A stretch of 64,000 bases of DNA, taken from IMG/VR virus record IMGVR_UViG_3300031867_000018, positions 32,001-96,000 of that record; one strand, written 5' to 3'. Of this stretch, positions 1-11,012 are shown one piece after another. The position numbers and the translations under genes were made by a program. Positions within the stretch are counted from its first letter, which is position 1. The number at the start of each line of letters is the position of its first letter. This stretch comes from a virus (taxonomy: Duplodnaviria; Caudoviricetes). The notes beneath the pieces were generated by a model that did not search any database, was not told where the DNA came from, and worked only from the letters and a program-made list of their open reading frames with translations.

Positions 1-2
1 CA

Positions 3-338
3 ACTAAACAGAAATCTATTTCATTTGAAGTTACTTCTCTTAAATCACAGCCTAAAAAAATGATTCATAAGCATCAAATTGAGGGGTTAATGAAATTTAG
101 AGAATATGATTATGTGGTTTCAGGGTTTGTTTTTAATTTTCGAGATGAAAAAAACAAGATAGAACATACTTATTTTCAAAATATAGATGATTTTAATATT
201 ATGGTAAAATCATTAGATAAAAAATCGTTTAATGAAAATGATTTAAAGAAAAATAAATCTTTAGAAATTGAAGGCACTTTGAAACGGGTTAATTATATTT
301 GGGATTTAGGTAGTTTCTTTGAAATAGAGAATAAATAG
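3..338 (+). CDS. recU: RecU-like Holliday junction resolvase (5'-truncated by window edge)
   Basis: Open frame from the window start; K-S-I-S-F...IHKHQIEGL...SGFVFNFR pattern typical of phage RecU family. Confidence 0.6.
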   Translation, partial: TKQKSISFEVTSLKSQPKKMIHKHQIEGLMKFREYDYVVSGFVFNFRDEKNKIEHTYFQNIDDFNIMVKSLDKKSFNENDLKKNKSLEIEGTLKRVNYIWDLGSFFEIENK

Positions 339-351
339 TTGAGGTGATTAT

Positions 352-561
352 ATGAGAGTAAAAAGAAATGATTGTGTCGGTTGTAGCAGTCAATTTGGGT
401 ATTGTATCGGTGAAGCCTGTCGATATTATGGGGAATATGAAGTTTTAGAATGCGATGACTGTGGAGTTCAATCAGAATATTTATATAAGTACGAAAATAA
501 AGAAGTTTGTGAAAATTGTTTACTTGAATATTTCGAGAAAGTAGAATTGGAGGAAAATTAA
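352..561 (+). CDS. Small Cys-rich zinc-ribbon hypothetical protein
   Basis: GAGGTG RBS; CxxC pairs (CVGC, CDDC, CENC). Confidence 0.6.
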   Translation: MRVKRNDCVGCSSQFGYCIGEACRYYGEYEVLECDDCGVQSEYLYKYENKEVCENCLLEYFEKVELEEN

Positions 562-563
562 TT

Positions 564-920
564 ATGGCAAGAACAAAAAAAGAAGTAGTGGAAACCAAAT
601 CAATAGAAGAAATGACAATCGAAGAACAGAGAGAATACGCAAAAGAAAACAATCCTCTGCTTGTGTATAATGCTTTATTCAGATTAAACAAATTTTTAGA
701 TGTTATTGAAGCACTGATTCCTAATCAGGAAAATATTCCTGAACTGATAGAAATAGGTAAAAGTTTAGCAGATGAAAATACGAGAAAAGAAACAATTGAA
801 ACAATATTAGATATACGTCAAAGAGAAGTGCAGAGAGAAGAGGAATTTAAAGATATAGTCGATCGTCTGGTGGCTAAAATTCGTGAATATGAGCCAAATT
901 ATGGGGTTAAAAACTCATAA
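564..920 (+). CDS. Hypothetical phage protein
   Basis: 118-aa ORF, GGAGG RBS, closely spaced with upstream ORF. Confidence 0.6.
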   Translation: MARTKKEVVETKSIEEMTIEEQREYAKENNPLLVYNALFRLNKFLDVIEALIPNQENIPELIEIGKSLADENTRKETIETILDIRQREVQREEEFKDIVDRLVAKIREYEPNYGVKNS

Positions 921-1001
921 AATGGCAGTTTTATAGAATTAATAGCAAGAATACTCCCGCTTCTGAAGCGGAGAGATGAATTGCGAAAGAGAGGTGATAC
1001 C

Positions 1002-2104
1002 GTGGAAAAAGCGTACAAATACAGAATATATCCAAACAAACAACAGAAAGAGTTAATCGCTAAAACTTTTGGTTGCGTTAGGTTTGTTTATAACTACTAT
1101 CTCGCACAACGTATCGAGAAGTATAAAGAAAATAAAGAAACAATATCATACAATGAATGTTCTGCTGACTTAACTCAATTAAAGAAAACGGAAGAATACC
1201 AATGGTTGAAAGAAGTAGACGCGACAGCATTACAATCGTCTTTGAAAAATCTTGATGTGGCTTACCAAAAGTTCTTTAAAGAGCATAGTGGCTTTCCTAA
1301 GTTTAAGTCAAAGAAAACGCATAGACATTCTTATAAAGCCAAATGTATAAATGGCAATATTCAGTATTTAGGTAAATGTATTAAACTACCTAAACTCGGA
1401 ATGGTAAAAACGAAAACTAAGTTAGTACCACAAGGCAGAATATTAAATGCTACGGTATCGCAAACACCAAGCGGTAAATATTACGTTTCGATCTGCTGCA
1501 CAGGTGTTGATATTAAACCTTTACCTAAAACAAACAACACGATAGGTATTGACTTAGGCATTAAAGAATTTGCTATTACAAGTGATGGGAAAATGATAAG
1601 TAACCCTAAATTCTTAAAGAAGTCTTTAGATAAACTCGCTAAATTACAAAGACAATTATCTCGAAAACAAGAGGTAGTTCAAACTGGAATAAAGCAAGGA
1701 TAAAGGTAGCAAGGCAGCACGAAAAGATTACTAACCAACGTCAAGACTTTTTACAGAAATTATCAACGGAAATTATTCGCAATAATGATGTTATCTGTGT
1801 TGAAGATTTGAGTATATCGGGAATGCTACAAAATCACAAGCTTGCAAGGTCTATATCCGATGTATCGTGGAATGAGTTCATAAGACAATTAGGTTATAAA
1901 GCTGATTGGTACGGCAGAAAACTTGTTAAGGTAGGAAAATTCTATGCAAGCAGCCAAACTTGTAATCATTGCGGATATATCAATAAGGGAACAAAAGACT
2001 TATCCGTAAGAGAATGGACTTGTCCTGAATGTGGAGAATATCACGACCGAGATGTGAATGCCGCAAAGAATATACTTGATGAAGGATTAAGGCTTTTAGC
2101 CTAA
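1002..2104 (+). pseudogene. tnpB: TnpB RNA-guided endonuclease, interrupted by a 1-bp deletion in the A-run at 1664-1667
   Basis: HTH_OrfB N-terminus (AYKYRIYPN), RuvC-I IGIDLG, RuvC-II VEDL (second frame), Zn finger CNHC/CPEC, RuvC-III DRDVNAA. Adding one A restores ...[18 protein letters not shown]... Confidence 0.85.
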
Positions 2105-2221
2105 ATTATACAACATAGGGTAGGAAATACCCGAATATACGCCTGTGGAGTTAGTAGGTTACGAGGACGATGAAGCAGGAATCTCCCACTTCTTAACAGA
2201 GTGAAAGTGGGAGAGGTTCAA
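2105..2221 (+). ncRNA. Putative omegaRNA/reRNA scaffold at the IS right end
   Basis: GC-rich structured segment between the tnpB stop and the right-end hairpin, the established position of TnpB guide scaffolds. Confidence 0.55.
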
Positions 2222-2334
2222 TTTAGTGTTAATCGGAACAAATATGTATAAAAAAATAAAAATCCATAACAATATTTATTAGTTTATTTAATTTTATAAC
2301 GGATTAAAAAAATATCATCAAAAGGAGAATCTAT

Positions 2335-2649
2335 ATGAATAATTTTTACAAATTAGAACCGGTATTTAAAGCTGTATCGGAGAAAGAATATAAAAAGTTT
2401 ATTGATGAATACCCTCGGAGATTGGAACGTGGTTGGTCAGGAATATCATCTCCACCTTTAATTTCTTGGAATGATTGGGAATTAGCAAACAGATTTCCTT
2501 TTAGTGTAGTCGCTGAAACTTACCAATATACCGATAAAAAAGGAGATATGTGGTATAAAGCACCTGAAGATAGAGAGTTTCTCATTATGGAAAACTACAA
2601 AGAAGTGTTTAATAGCAAAACAGGATATGTAGCAAAAAATAATGAATAA
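2335..2649 (+). CDS. Hypothetical protein
   Basis: 104-aa ORF with AAGGAG RBS. Confidence 0.6.
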   Translation: MNNFYKLEPVFKAVSEKEYKKFIDEYPRRLERGWSGISSPPLISWNDWELANRFPFSVVAETYQYTDKKGDMWYKAPEDREFLIMENYKEVFNSKTGYVAKNNE

Positions 2650-3073
2650 TTCTTAGTTCAAAAGAATAAAAGAAGAATAATAATGTCTGATTATAAAATT
2701 GAATGTAATTGTGTGAATATATGGGTGTTGATATTGTAGCAGCTACAACGACTTTGCCAATAGAAAAATAGAAAAAATAAAACAACATTCCGATCGTCTT
2801 GAATCTATACAATTACGTTTTAAGGCTGGCAATTTTATTGAACTTTCGACAGTCCAGATTTACTTATTGATTCTATTGTTCTTATAGGAATAGATACAAA
2901 CGGTGAATATATTGATGATATAGATTTTATGATATATAAAAAGCAGAAAAGCTTGTTTTTGCTTCTATATCAACCTGTTCCTGCTATGTTATGAATGCTC
3001 TTGTATATAACAGTAAAGTACAGTAAAACATCTTACCCCGTTTTTTTGCGGGGTTATTTTGTGAGGTGATATA

Positions 3074-3574
3074 ATGGCAGCGAAAAATATGGCAGACCTT
3101 ATCAAAAACATACGAAAACAACTTGATGCTACAATACTATTGGTGGCACAAGATGTTCAAGAATATATACAAAAAGAATTAGATAAATATTACAGTGAAT
3201 ATGATCCGGCAAAATACATACCCCGTACTCATCAACTCCAAAATTGCTGTGTTGTATCACAGCCACAAATTATCAACAATAGTATCAAGGTAGATGTCTA
3301 TTTAGATATTGAGTCACTTCATTATATCACTAAAGGGGCAGACCCATTTAAAACGGTGGTGTCTGCCGATTATGGTTTACACGGTGGTTGGGATATTGAA
3401 GACAAACATATTGTACCTTGGGAGCAAATAAGTCCTCAAAACACTGGAGATGTTGATACAGGAGGCAATGGAACATCTATATGGACGGTGCCAATTACTG
3501 AAATTTTAACGACTAAAAAAATACGACAATGGTTTATGGAAGCTGCGAAAAAGTACGGCTTGCCACTTAGATAA
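3074..3574 (+). CDS. Putative tail-associated structural protein
   Basis: GAGGTG RBS; directly upstream of tape measure; Y-x-P-x-x-Y-x-x-RT motif seen in SPbeta-like structural genes. Confidence 0.5.
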   Translation: MAAKNMADLIKNIRKQLDATILLVAQDVQEYIQKELDKYYSEYDPAKYIPRTHQLQNCCVVSQPQIINNSIKVDVYLDIESLHYITKGADPFKTVVSADYGLHGGWDIEDKHIVPWEQISPQNTGDVDTGGNGTSIWTVPITEILTTKKIRQWFMEAAKKYGLPLR

Positions 3575-3583
3575 TATTACTTT

Positions 3584-3614
3584 AACTCTCTCCTTTCGAG
3601 AGAGTTTTTTATTT
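3584..3614 (+). terminator. Intrinsic terminator/attenuator
   Basis: AACTCTCTC-CTTTC-GAGAGAGTT hairpin followed by T-run. Confidence 0.6.
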
Positions 3615-3637
3615 ACAGAAAGGAGAGATAAGTAAAA

Positions 3638-6600
3638 ATGAATGACGATTTTAAAATTTCGTTAGTCGGGGTGTTAGATGCTGAAACAACAGCTAATAAT
3701 ATAAAGGGTAAATATGGCGAAGTAAAAGGAAAACTTCCAAATATCGAATTAATAGGACAACTTGATATCACTAATACAATAAACACAATAAATGGTCAAT
3801 TATCAGGAATAACACAACATTTACACTCGTTAAATATAAACGCTAATATCGCAGGTATAAATTTCAACTCGAGTCAGGTTCAGCAACAAGCAAGCGTTAT
3901 AGGTAATCAAATCAACAACGGTATATCACAAGGGGTAAACAGTGCCAATAATATACTTAACCAATTTGTAAATACTCTGCATAGTTACCGATGGAATGAT
4001 AACGAAATTCAAAATGCTGTTTCAGAAATAAACAGGCTTGCACAACAAACAGGGATAACAATAGCATCTTTGAGTCAATCAATATCGGAAGTTACGGGTA
4101 AAAAAGGAACAAAAAGAGTATTAGATGTTAGTGTTGAAGGTATAAATCAGCTCGGACAAGCAACTAAACTTGTAAGACAATGGGATTTGGATTCAGGAAA
4201 TTTAGTAAAAACAACCGACAATTTAAAATCGGGAGTTGTAGCAACTGCATCGGAAATGCAAAAATTAAGCGATCAAATTACAAAAGTCGCAAGTTCTTAC
4301 GAAAATAAAGTGGCAAAAATTAGAGCGAATGTTCAAATTGGGCAAAAACCTATTACACCTGCAATGTCAGCCGATTGGAGTCAAATTGAAAGTCAGATAA
4401 GTGCAATCAATAATGCAATTGGACAATTCCGAAACTCGACATCAGCTACTTTTGCGCAAAATGAAGCAGGTATAAAATCTTCGATAACTAACTTAGAGAT
4501 ATTAATAAAGGATTTGCAAAATGCAAGATATCAGGCAAGTGTACTCCGTGCCAATCCTGTTGAGGTATTAAGACAAGAAGCTATAGAAAAAGTTACGCAA
4601 TTCCGCAACGAATTGGAAAGAGCAAAAGGTGATGTAAGTCAGGTTAATAATGATTCTATACGATGGCTTGCTACCCTTAATAATGTTGGAGGGTTTAGAG
4701 TTACTGGAGCAGAAATCGTTGATATTCTCGACAATATCAAAGTCGCAAGAGAACGCTTGAATACATCGAATAAAAAAGAAGGTATAGATAATAGTCTCGA
4801 AAAAGTAAAGATTCAAGCACAAAGCCTATTGTCCGAAATAGAGAAATTAGAAAAGTCAAAAATAATACCTAACGGCTTTAAGATAGATGTTAATGGTGTA
4901 GAAAAAGGTTTAGAAAATATAAAAAATGAGATATCATTAATATCAAAAACTGGAAAAGGAGATTTATCTGTTTTATCTGCACAGTTTAGTCTTTTCAAGA
5001 AAGAGTTGTCTAAGATGGGTGGAAGTACAACAGCTAACACTAATTTTACAAATTCTATTAATCAATGGGTAACCGAAGCAAAAGGATCGATCAAGAATTT
5101 CGATGCTGTTTTCACTCAAACGATAGAACATATAAAAACTGAAGCGGCAAGTGCTGATAAGATCGCTTTAAGCAATCTTAAATCACAGTTTTCTGATTTG
5201 AAAAATGTATATTCATTTTTACAGAAAATGGAAAACAATACAATTGGTGCGACATTTACGCAAAAATCAGAACAACTCAAAAAATTCGGTAGCGATGGAG
5301 CTACTTCGCTTAACACATTAACGAAAGCCTATAATAGCTTGCAAACGGCAATACAGACAAATGACTTTGCAAAAATACAGGCAGCAATCAAAAATTATGA
5401 TACTGAATTGAAGAAAGCCACAAGTACGGTTAAGACTTTTACGGCACAGGGCAAGCAAATAAATAATATAGCCAATCAACGATTCTCCAATCAGATGGAA
5501 GAATGGCAAATAAAGAATACAAGAGCAGCAAAAGTTTTTGGAAACGAAATAAATCGTATACGGGGAGAGTTAAAAAATGCTGATAAAACCAAGCTGACAC
5601 AGTTAAGATTGCAATTTGATGCCGTACAGAAGTCGGCGAGAGAGATGGGTCTGTTGGGTAAGACATTTACGCAATCTTTTGTAGAAATGAGCAGTAAATT
5701 TGCCACTTGGTTCGGCGTTACATCTCTTATGGCACGAACTGTTATGTTGTTACGGTCAGCAGTAGAAGAGGTAAAGAATGTTGATAAGGCGATGACAGAA
5801 CTCTACCGAGTAACCGACTTAACAGCAAATGGTTATGAGAAATTATACACCAAGATAACTAAGTCGGCACAAGATTATGGTATAAAACTGGACAATCTTA
5901 TATCATCGACTGCAAGTTGGGTCAGGTTTGGTTTTGATACTGATACTGCGGAACAATTAGCTGAAATATCAGCAATGTATCAGCACGTTACAGATCTTGA
6001 CGAAAGTACAGCTGTTAAAAATCTGTTGACGGCATACAAAGGTTATCAAACACAATTGCTTGAGTTAACTGGCGGTGACGAAACGGCTGCGGTCGAACGG
6101 ATTGCAGACATATATGATAAGCTCGGTAACGAATTGCCGGTATCCGCTGCCCAAGTCGCAGAAGGTATGAACGAATGGGCAGCTATTGCTGCAGCTTCCA
6201 AAACAACATTTGAAGAAGCCACAGGTTTAATTGTTGGTGGTGGTTCAGTAACGCAAGATTTTACATCAATGGGTACTGCTTTAAAAATTGTAACCATGCG
6301 TTTGCAGGGGATGAAAGGAAAACTTCAAGAGTTGGGTGAAGAGGTCGATGAAAACATTGTCAGCACTTCCAAGATGCAAACCCAAATACTCAACTTAACA
6401 CATGGTAAAGTCAATATTTTCGAGACGGACGGTCAAACTTTCAGAAGCACATATGAAATCCTGAAGGATATATCCGCCATTCAAGAGGAATTGACAGACC
6501 CCGAAAGAGCAGAATTGCTCGAATTGATTGCTGGAAAAAATCGTGGTAATGCAATACAAAGTTTACTTGGCAATTGGCAGGAAGTCGAAAAGACTGTAAT

Positions 6601-9600
6601 AGCCGCATCTAATGCGGAAGGAACAGCGGCAGCCGAAAACGAAAAATATCTTGCAAGTTTAGAGGGTAAATTGACCTCTTTGAAAGCAGCATGGTCTGTG
6701 TTGGCAAATGATTTCTTTTCTTCTGATTCGTTTAAGGGCATGGTAGATGGTGTTACCGTACTTGTTAATGGAATAAACACATTGATTCAAACACTTGGCA
6801 GCGTACCTACAGTTATGACAGGGTTGGTTGCTGCATTTTCGTTTAAAGGTCATAACTTCTTTGAATACATTAATACAACAGCTACAGGTGCAGCAAACAA
6901 AATAGGCTTTTTAGGTCGGTCATTTAGTGATTGGAAGAACCATAATTACATTAGCCATTCAGATATGGCTGCGTTAAGAGAGTATAATGCTTTGATAGAC
7001 AGTGGTGTTTCTGCTAATGCGGCATGGGATAGAAGTATGTTGAATGCGGGTGCTATGGCTCGCAATTTAGCTAAAGATGCAAGTTTAGTTGCAGATGGTG
7101 TCAATAAAGGCAAAGTCGAAATGGCTGGCTTAGAACAAGCAAGCAGAGCAACGGCTGTTGGTGTTAAATTATTAAATGTTGCATTGAATACTCTTGCTAC
7201 TGTAGTGGTTTCCTTAATAATAAATTCTGTGATGGAACTTATTCAGGAACAACATAACCTACGACAATCGTTAATTGACACAGGCAAAGAAACAGCGAAT
7301 GAAATAAAAAATATCAAAGATTTGAAAAAGGCTTATGAAGACAGCGTAATAGCTTATAATGATGGTATAGGTTCAAAAGAAAATATGATTTCTGCCGCTC
7401 AAACTTTAGCGCAAGAATTAGGTATGGAGAGCGATGTTGTTCAAAATCTCACTAATGATTATAAAGGTTTAAGCGCAGCGATAGATGAAGCCTATATTGA
7501 AAAACTTAAAGAAAAAAGACCTGAATTGCTTGCTGCCGTGCAAGCTACAGAAGAAGAAACAGATTCGTTTTGGAAAAATCCAAGCCAAAATTTTGTAGTT
7601 CCAACCTCACCTTCAGAGGAAAAAATGAGCGATGTTGATAAAGCTATATGGGGAGATTTGCAAAATGAAGGTTTGGCTGTAGCAGGTAAAATCCCCGACA
7701 CTCGAAAAAAAAATAGTCAGTTAATCTTTAGCGACACTACAGAAACAGTTGATGGAAGAGTTGAAGCTTATAATAATTTAATTAAAGCAAGGCAACGAAT
7801 GACTGAAGTTTTCACACCTGATCAATTAGATGAATCGGAATATTGGGACTTAATTAACGAAAAAATTAATAACCAAAAAGACGAAATGGAAGCGTTGATT
7901 TCAGCCCGAAAAGAATACAATGCAAATGTTGTTGAAGAACAGTATTATAATTTAACAAAAGATGATATCCCAAAAACAATAGAAGACTTCAATCACCTTG
8001 AAGAACAAATGAAATCAGGTGTAGAAACAAACGGGAATTATCGTGGAAGTCAGGAGCTTATTAATCAAGCAATCGAAGATTATATACATAATCAGCCTGC
8101 ATATATTAAGGCTTTAGAAGAAGAACAAGCAACCAAAGAAAATAATAATACAAACATCGGAGTTTCAGAGGATCCGTTTTTACAGTTTAAAAATATGGTT
8201 GGCGAAACCGTATCATACACCCAAGAAGAATTTGAGAAACTATTTTCTTTGGGAGATAAAGACAATCCTTTTGACGGCTTAATCAATAGCTCAAACGAAT
8301 ATGTTGCTGCATTAAAGGCTGTTGATACGGAAATGTCAACCGTTGAATCCGCATTAAAGGAATACAACGAAAAAGGTAGTATATCGGTAGAAACAGCGGA
8401 TAAACTTCTTAAAGCAAATGGGAAGTATGGAGATTCTCTTGTTTATACCCAGAATGGTATCGAATTAAATGTTGATGCTTTAAAAAAGGAAAACATTGAA
8501 TATATTGAAATATTAAAGCAAAAATATCAAGCTCAGATAGAAGCTGCAAAATTAGCAGAAGCAGAAGCAAAAGAGGCGTTAAGCCATCAAAAAAATGCTT
8601 TAGCTGTCCAGTTGGAAGAAGCTGCTTTAAGAAAAAAGGAGCTAAATGGCGCAGAAGGGCCATTACAAGGTAATAAATTCAAATATAATGTAGCAAGTCT
8701 TCAAACATCAGGAAATAGAGAAGCTATAAGAGAAGCGGAAATTACAAGAGAGCAAGCAGAACAAGAGTATCAAAAACAAATAGATTTATTAAACAGCTTA
8801 ATTGATAAAATTAACAATCCTGATTTTGGAGCTTATGTTCCACCCGAAGAAAAAAATAATGCTTCATCATCAACACCGAAAACTAAATCCTATGAAAAGA
8901 ATACAAACGCTTACAATTGGGCTGATGCTTGGTTACAAGATCAACAAAATAATGCAGATAAACTCAAAACTGAATACGACAAAATAAACAAGCAGTTGGA
9001 TAAAGCTATTGAGTTAGGTGACGAAAAACTTATCAGAAGTCTTTCTGAGAACGCAGTCGAAAAATCAAAGCAAATACAAGAAGTTCAGGCAAGTGCGGCA
9101 TCGGAAGGTAGAACTCGTTATGCAGACATAATGAAAGAAATTTGGAGTATGGCTCCTGAATTACAAGATAAGAGTATAGACGATATTACCGAAGACGACT
9201 TGCTAAAGGTTGAGAAAAGGCTTGACGACATAATCACCAAGGAGAAAAATATCGCTGTTGATATGTATAATGCAAACAACGATGTTGTTGACCCTAATCA
9301 AACAGCCATTGAAACAGCCGAAAATAATGCAAAGCGTTGGGATGAACTTATTAAAAATGCTCAAGAGTATTATAAAGCATTTGGCGAAGTATCGGGGGAA
9401 GGTTCTTTCGCAGAAGACTGGGCAGAACAAGGCGACAATATAGTTGAAACTGTAAAAACAACTTTCGATGCGGTAAATGACATTTTTGACAAGAGTGTTG
9501 AAAATCAACAGAAAGAACTCGATAAGCTTGATTTGCGTATAGACTTACTTGATGATGACGATTTTTCGGGTCAAATGGATTTAATTGCTCAAAAGTCACA

Positions 9601-10945
9601 AATCAATACTGAAATAGCGAAAAATCTCGCTAATCAAATTGAGTCAATAAAATCTGAATTTGAAGACAGTTTGCTTCCGGAAGACGAATACAAATCTCGT
9701 ATGGAAGAACTGGAAGACCAATACAACGATTGTATTAAAGCCGGAAAAGAATTTGAAGATACGCTGAAAGATATAGCACAAGAACAAATTGATAACATAT
9801 CTTCTGTAGAAGATAATGTTATGAGTTATCTCGAAGACTATCTCAAAGCTGTCGAAGATAACTCACAAAAAGAAATAGATGCTGCCGAAAAAACAGCCGA
9901 TGCAAAAAAGAAGGCACTGGATAAAGCTAAAGATGCCCTCAAAGACTACCAAGATGAACTTGAAAAAGAATGGCAGGCTGAAGATGACAGAGCCGCACGA
10001 CAAGAAAAATTAGATCAGCGAAGTGACCTGTCATCACAAAGAGCTAAGTCTTTAGCCGCTGCTGCTTCGGGTGATTTAGAAGCATTATCTAAAGTTGAGG
10101 AACTCGACAAAGAAATAGCCGACATCGACAAGGACATTCAGGAAGAAGCAACAAAGCAAATCAGGGATATGTTGAAAGATTATATTGCCAAACAGGAAGA
10201 CGACTTAGACAAGCAAGCTGACAAGATAGACGAAGAAATTGACCTGATGAAACAACAGCTTGAAGAAGCCCAAAAAATGAATGAAGAATTACTCAAAGGC
10301 GAAAGCGGTATGGCTTTAGTCCACGCTTTAATGAATGGTGAACCTGTTAAACTGAACGGACAGGAAGTCGATTTAAATACTATAAGAACAAGTGTTGATA
10401 CTGAAAACGGTAATGCTTTTAGTTATGGCTATGAGAATGAGACTTCTGAATGGCAAGAAAACTTGACTAAATCTTTAGCGGCTGTTGCTAATCTTGAATC
10501 TTTGAATGAATTGGCACAAGGTAATTTTACTTTGCAAAATGGCAATATCCTTTTGAGTAACGGGCATAGCTTCGATACTTCTATGTTGAGTACAACTAAT
10601 CCAAATAGTATTGTCAATGGTCTTATTCCGGTCGATCCTAATTTACTTCCTATTGCTCCTCTTGCTAATGGAGAAACCATTATGAGTAGTTTAGGGATAG
10701 GAAAGACTTTGTTTGATAATTCAGAGGTAATTAAAAAGATGGGGGATATACAGAAATCTATTGACAATAATAACAACCCTCCTGTCCTTACGATTCAAGG
10801 CAATTTGCTTAATGTTGAGGGAAATGTTGTGGAAGATACTATTCCAATGATAAATGATATCGTAGCAAAACAGATACCTAACGCTTTAATGAGTTTACAA
10901 AAAGGAGTTAGCAGAAATGCAGCGTTGATAAAGTATAGTAGATAA
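3638..10945 (+). CDS. Phage tail tape measure protein (2435 aa)
   Basis: Very long helical/coiled-coil ORF; TP901-type core (VDKAMTELYRVTD...IAGKNRGNAIQSLL...SLEGKLTSLKAAW); followed by Dit/Tal. Confidence 0.92.
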   Translation: MNDDFKISLVGVLDAETTANNIKGKYGEVKGKLPNIELIGQLDITNTINTINGQLSGITQHLHSLNINANIAGINFNSSQVQQQASVIGNQINNGISQGVNSANNILNQFVNTLHSYRWNDNEIQNAVSEINRLAQQTGITIASLSQSISEVTGKKGTKRVLDVSVEGINQLGQATKLVRQWDLDSGNLVKTTDNLKSGVVATASEMQKLSDQITKVASSYENKVAKIRANVQIGQKPITPAMSADWSQIESQISAINNAIGQFRNSTSATFAQNEAGIKSSITNLEILIKDLQNARYQASVLRANPVEVLRQEAIEKVTQFRNELERAKGDVSQVNNDSIRWLATLNNVGGFRVTGAEIVDILDNIKVARERLNTSNKKEGIDNSLEKVKIQAQSLLSEIEKLEKSKIIPNGFKIDVNGVEKGLENIKNEISLISKTGKGDLSVLSAQFSLFKKELSKMGGSTTANTNFTNSINQWVTEAKGSIKNFDAVFTQTIEHIKTEAASADKIALSNLKSQFSDLKNVYSFLQKMENNTIGATFTQKSEQLKKFGSDGATSLNTLTKAYNSLQTAIQTNDFAKIQAAIKNYDTELKKATSTVKTFTAQGKQINNIANQRFSNQMEEWQIKNTRAAKVFGNEINRIRGELKNADKTKLTQLRLQFDAVQKSAREMGLLGKTFTQSFVEMSSKFATWFGVTSLMARTVMLLRSAVEEVKNVDKAMTELYRVTDLTANGYEKLYTKITKSAQDYGIKLDNLISSTASWVRFGFDTDTAEQLAEISAMYQHVTDLDESTAVKNLLTAYKGYQTQLLELTGGDETAAVERIADIYDKLGNELPVSAAQVAEGMNEWAAIAAASKTTFEEATGLIVGGGSVTQDFTSMGTALKIVTMRLQGMKGKLQELGEEVDENIVSTSKMQTQILNLTHGKVNIFETDGQTFRSTYEILKDISAIQEELTDPERAELLELIAGKNRGNAIQSLLGNWQEVEKTVIAASNAEGTAAAENEKYLASLEGKLTSLKAAWSVLANDFFSSDSFKGMVDGVTVLVNGINTLIQTLGSVPTVMTGLVAAFSFKGHNFFEYINTTATGAANKIGFLGRSFSDWKNHNYISHSDMAALREYNALIDSGVSANAAWDRSMLNAGAMARNLAKDASLVADGVNKGKVEMAGLEQASRATAVGVKLLNVALNTLATVVVSLIINSVMELIQEQHNLRQSLIDTGKETANEIKNIKDLKKAYEDSVIAYNDGIGSKENMISAAQTLAQELGMESDVVQNLTNDYKGLSAAIDEAYIEKLKEKRPELLAAVQATEEETDSFWKNPSQNFVVPTSPSEEKMSDVDKAIWGDLQNEGLAVAGKIPDTRKKNSQLIFSDTTETVDGRVEAYNNLIKARQRMTEVFTPDQLDESEYWDLINEKINNQKDEMEALISARKEYNANVVEEQYYNLTKDDIPKTIEDFNHLEEQMKSGVETNGNYRGSQELINQAIEDYIHNQPAYIKALEEEQATKENNNTNIGVSEDPFLQFKNMVGETVSYTQEEFEKLFSLGDKDNPFDGLINSSNEYVAALKAVDTEMSTVESALKEYNEKGSISVETADKLLKANGKYGDSLVYTQNGIELNVDALKKENIEYIEILKQKYQAQIEAAKLAEAEAKEALSHQKNALAVQLEEAALRKKELNGAEGPLQGNKFKYNVASLQTSGNREAIREAEITREQAEQEYQKQIDLLNSLIDKINNPDFGAYVPPEEKNNASSSTPKTKSYEKNTNAYNWADAWLQDQQNNADKLKTEYDKINKQLDKAIELGDEKLIRSLSENAVEKSKQIQEVQASAASEGRTRYADIMKEIWSMAPELQDKSIDDITEDDLLKVEKRLDDIITKEKNIAVDMYNANNDVVDPNQTAIETAENNAKRWDELIKNAQEYYKAFGEVSGEGSFAEDWAEQGDNIVETVKTTFDAVNDIFDKSVENQQKELDKLDLRIDLLDDDDFSGQMDLIAQKSQINTEIAKNLANQIESIKSEFEDSLLPEDEYKSRMEELEDQYNDCIKAGKEFEDTLKDIAQEQIDNISSVEDNVMSYLEDYLKAVEDNSQKEIDAAEKTADAKKKALDKAKDALKDYQDELEKEWQAEDDRAARQEKLDQRSDLSSQRAKSLAAAASGDLEALSKVEELDKEIADIDKDIQEEATKQIRDMLKDYIAKQEDDLDKQADKIDEEIDLMKQQLEEAQKMNEELLKGESGMALVHALMNGEPVKLNGQEVDLNTIRTSVDTENGNAFSYGYENETSEWQENLTKSLAAVANLESLNELAQGNFTLQNGNILLSNGHSFDTSMLSTTNPNSIVNGLIPVDPNLLPIAPLANGETIMSSLGIGKTLFDNSEVIKKMGDIQKSIDNNNNPPVLTIQGNLLNVEGNVVEDTIPMINDIVAKQIPNALMSLQKGVSRNAALIKYSR

Positions 10946-10955
10946 TTATTATTTG

Positions 10956-10987
10956 AGGTAGGAAAATCACGTTCCTACCTCTTTTTT
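10956..10987 (+). terminator. Intrinsic terminator
   Basis: GAGGTAGGAA...TTCCTACCTC followed by TTTTTT. Confidence 0.65.
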
Positions 10988-11012
10988 GTTGAAAATTCAC
11001 GGAGGTGATTTT

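Larger units (their letters stand above)
944..2221 (+). mobile_element. IS200/IS605-family tnpB-only (IS1341-type) element
   Basis: Left-end hairpin CTCCCGCTTCTGAAGCGGAGAG (~955-976); right-end hairpin CTCCCACTT...AAGTGGGAG followed by GTTCAA (~2183-2221); tnpB between them. Boundaries approximate. Confidence 0.8.

Noticed and set aside
2650-3030. Degraded gene between the 2335 ORF and the tail genes
   Set aside because: Short broken frames with no recognisable motif.
4568-10776. Antisense and alternate-frame ORFs within the tape measure gene (and similar ones in other long genes)
   Set aside because: Shadow ORFs without RBS or motifs.
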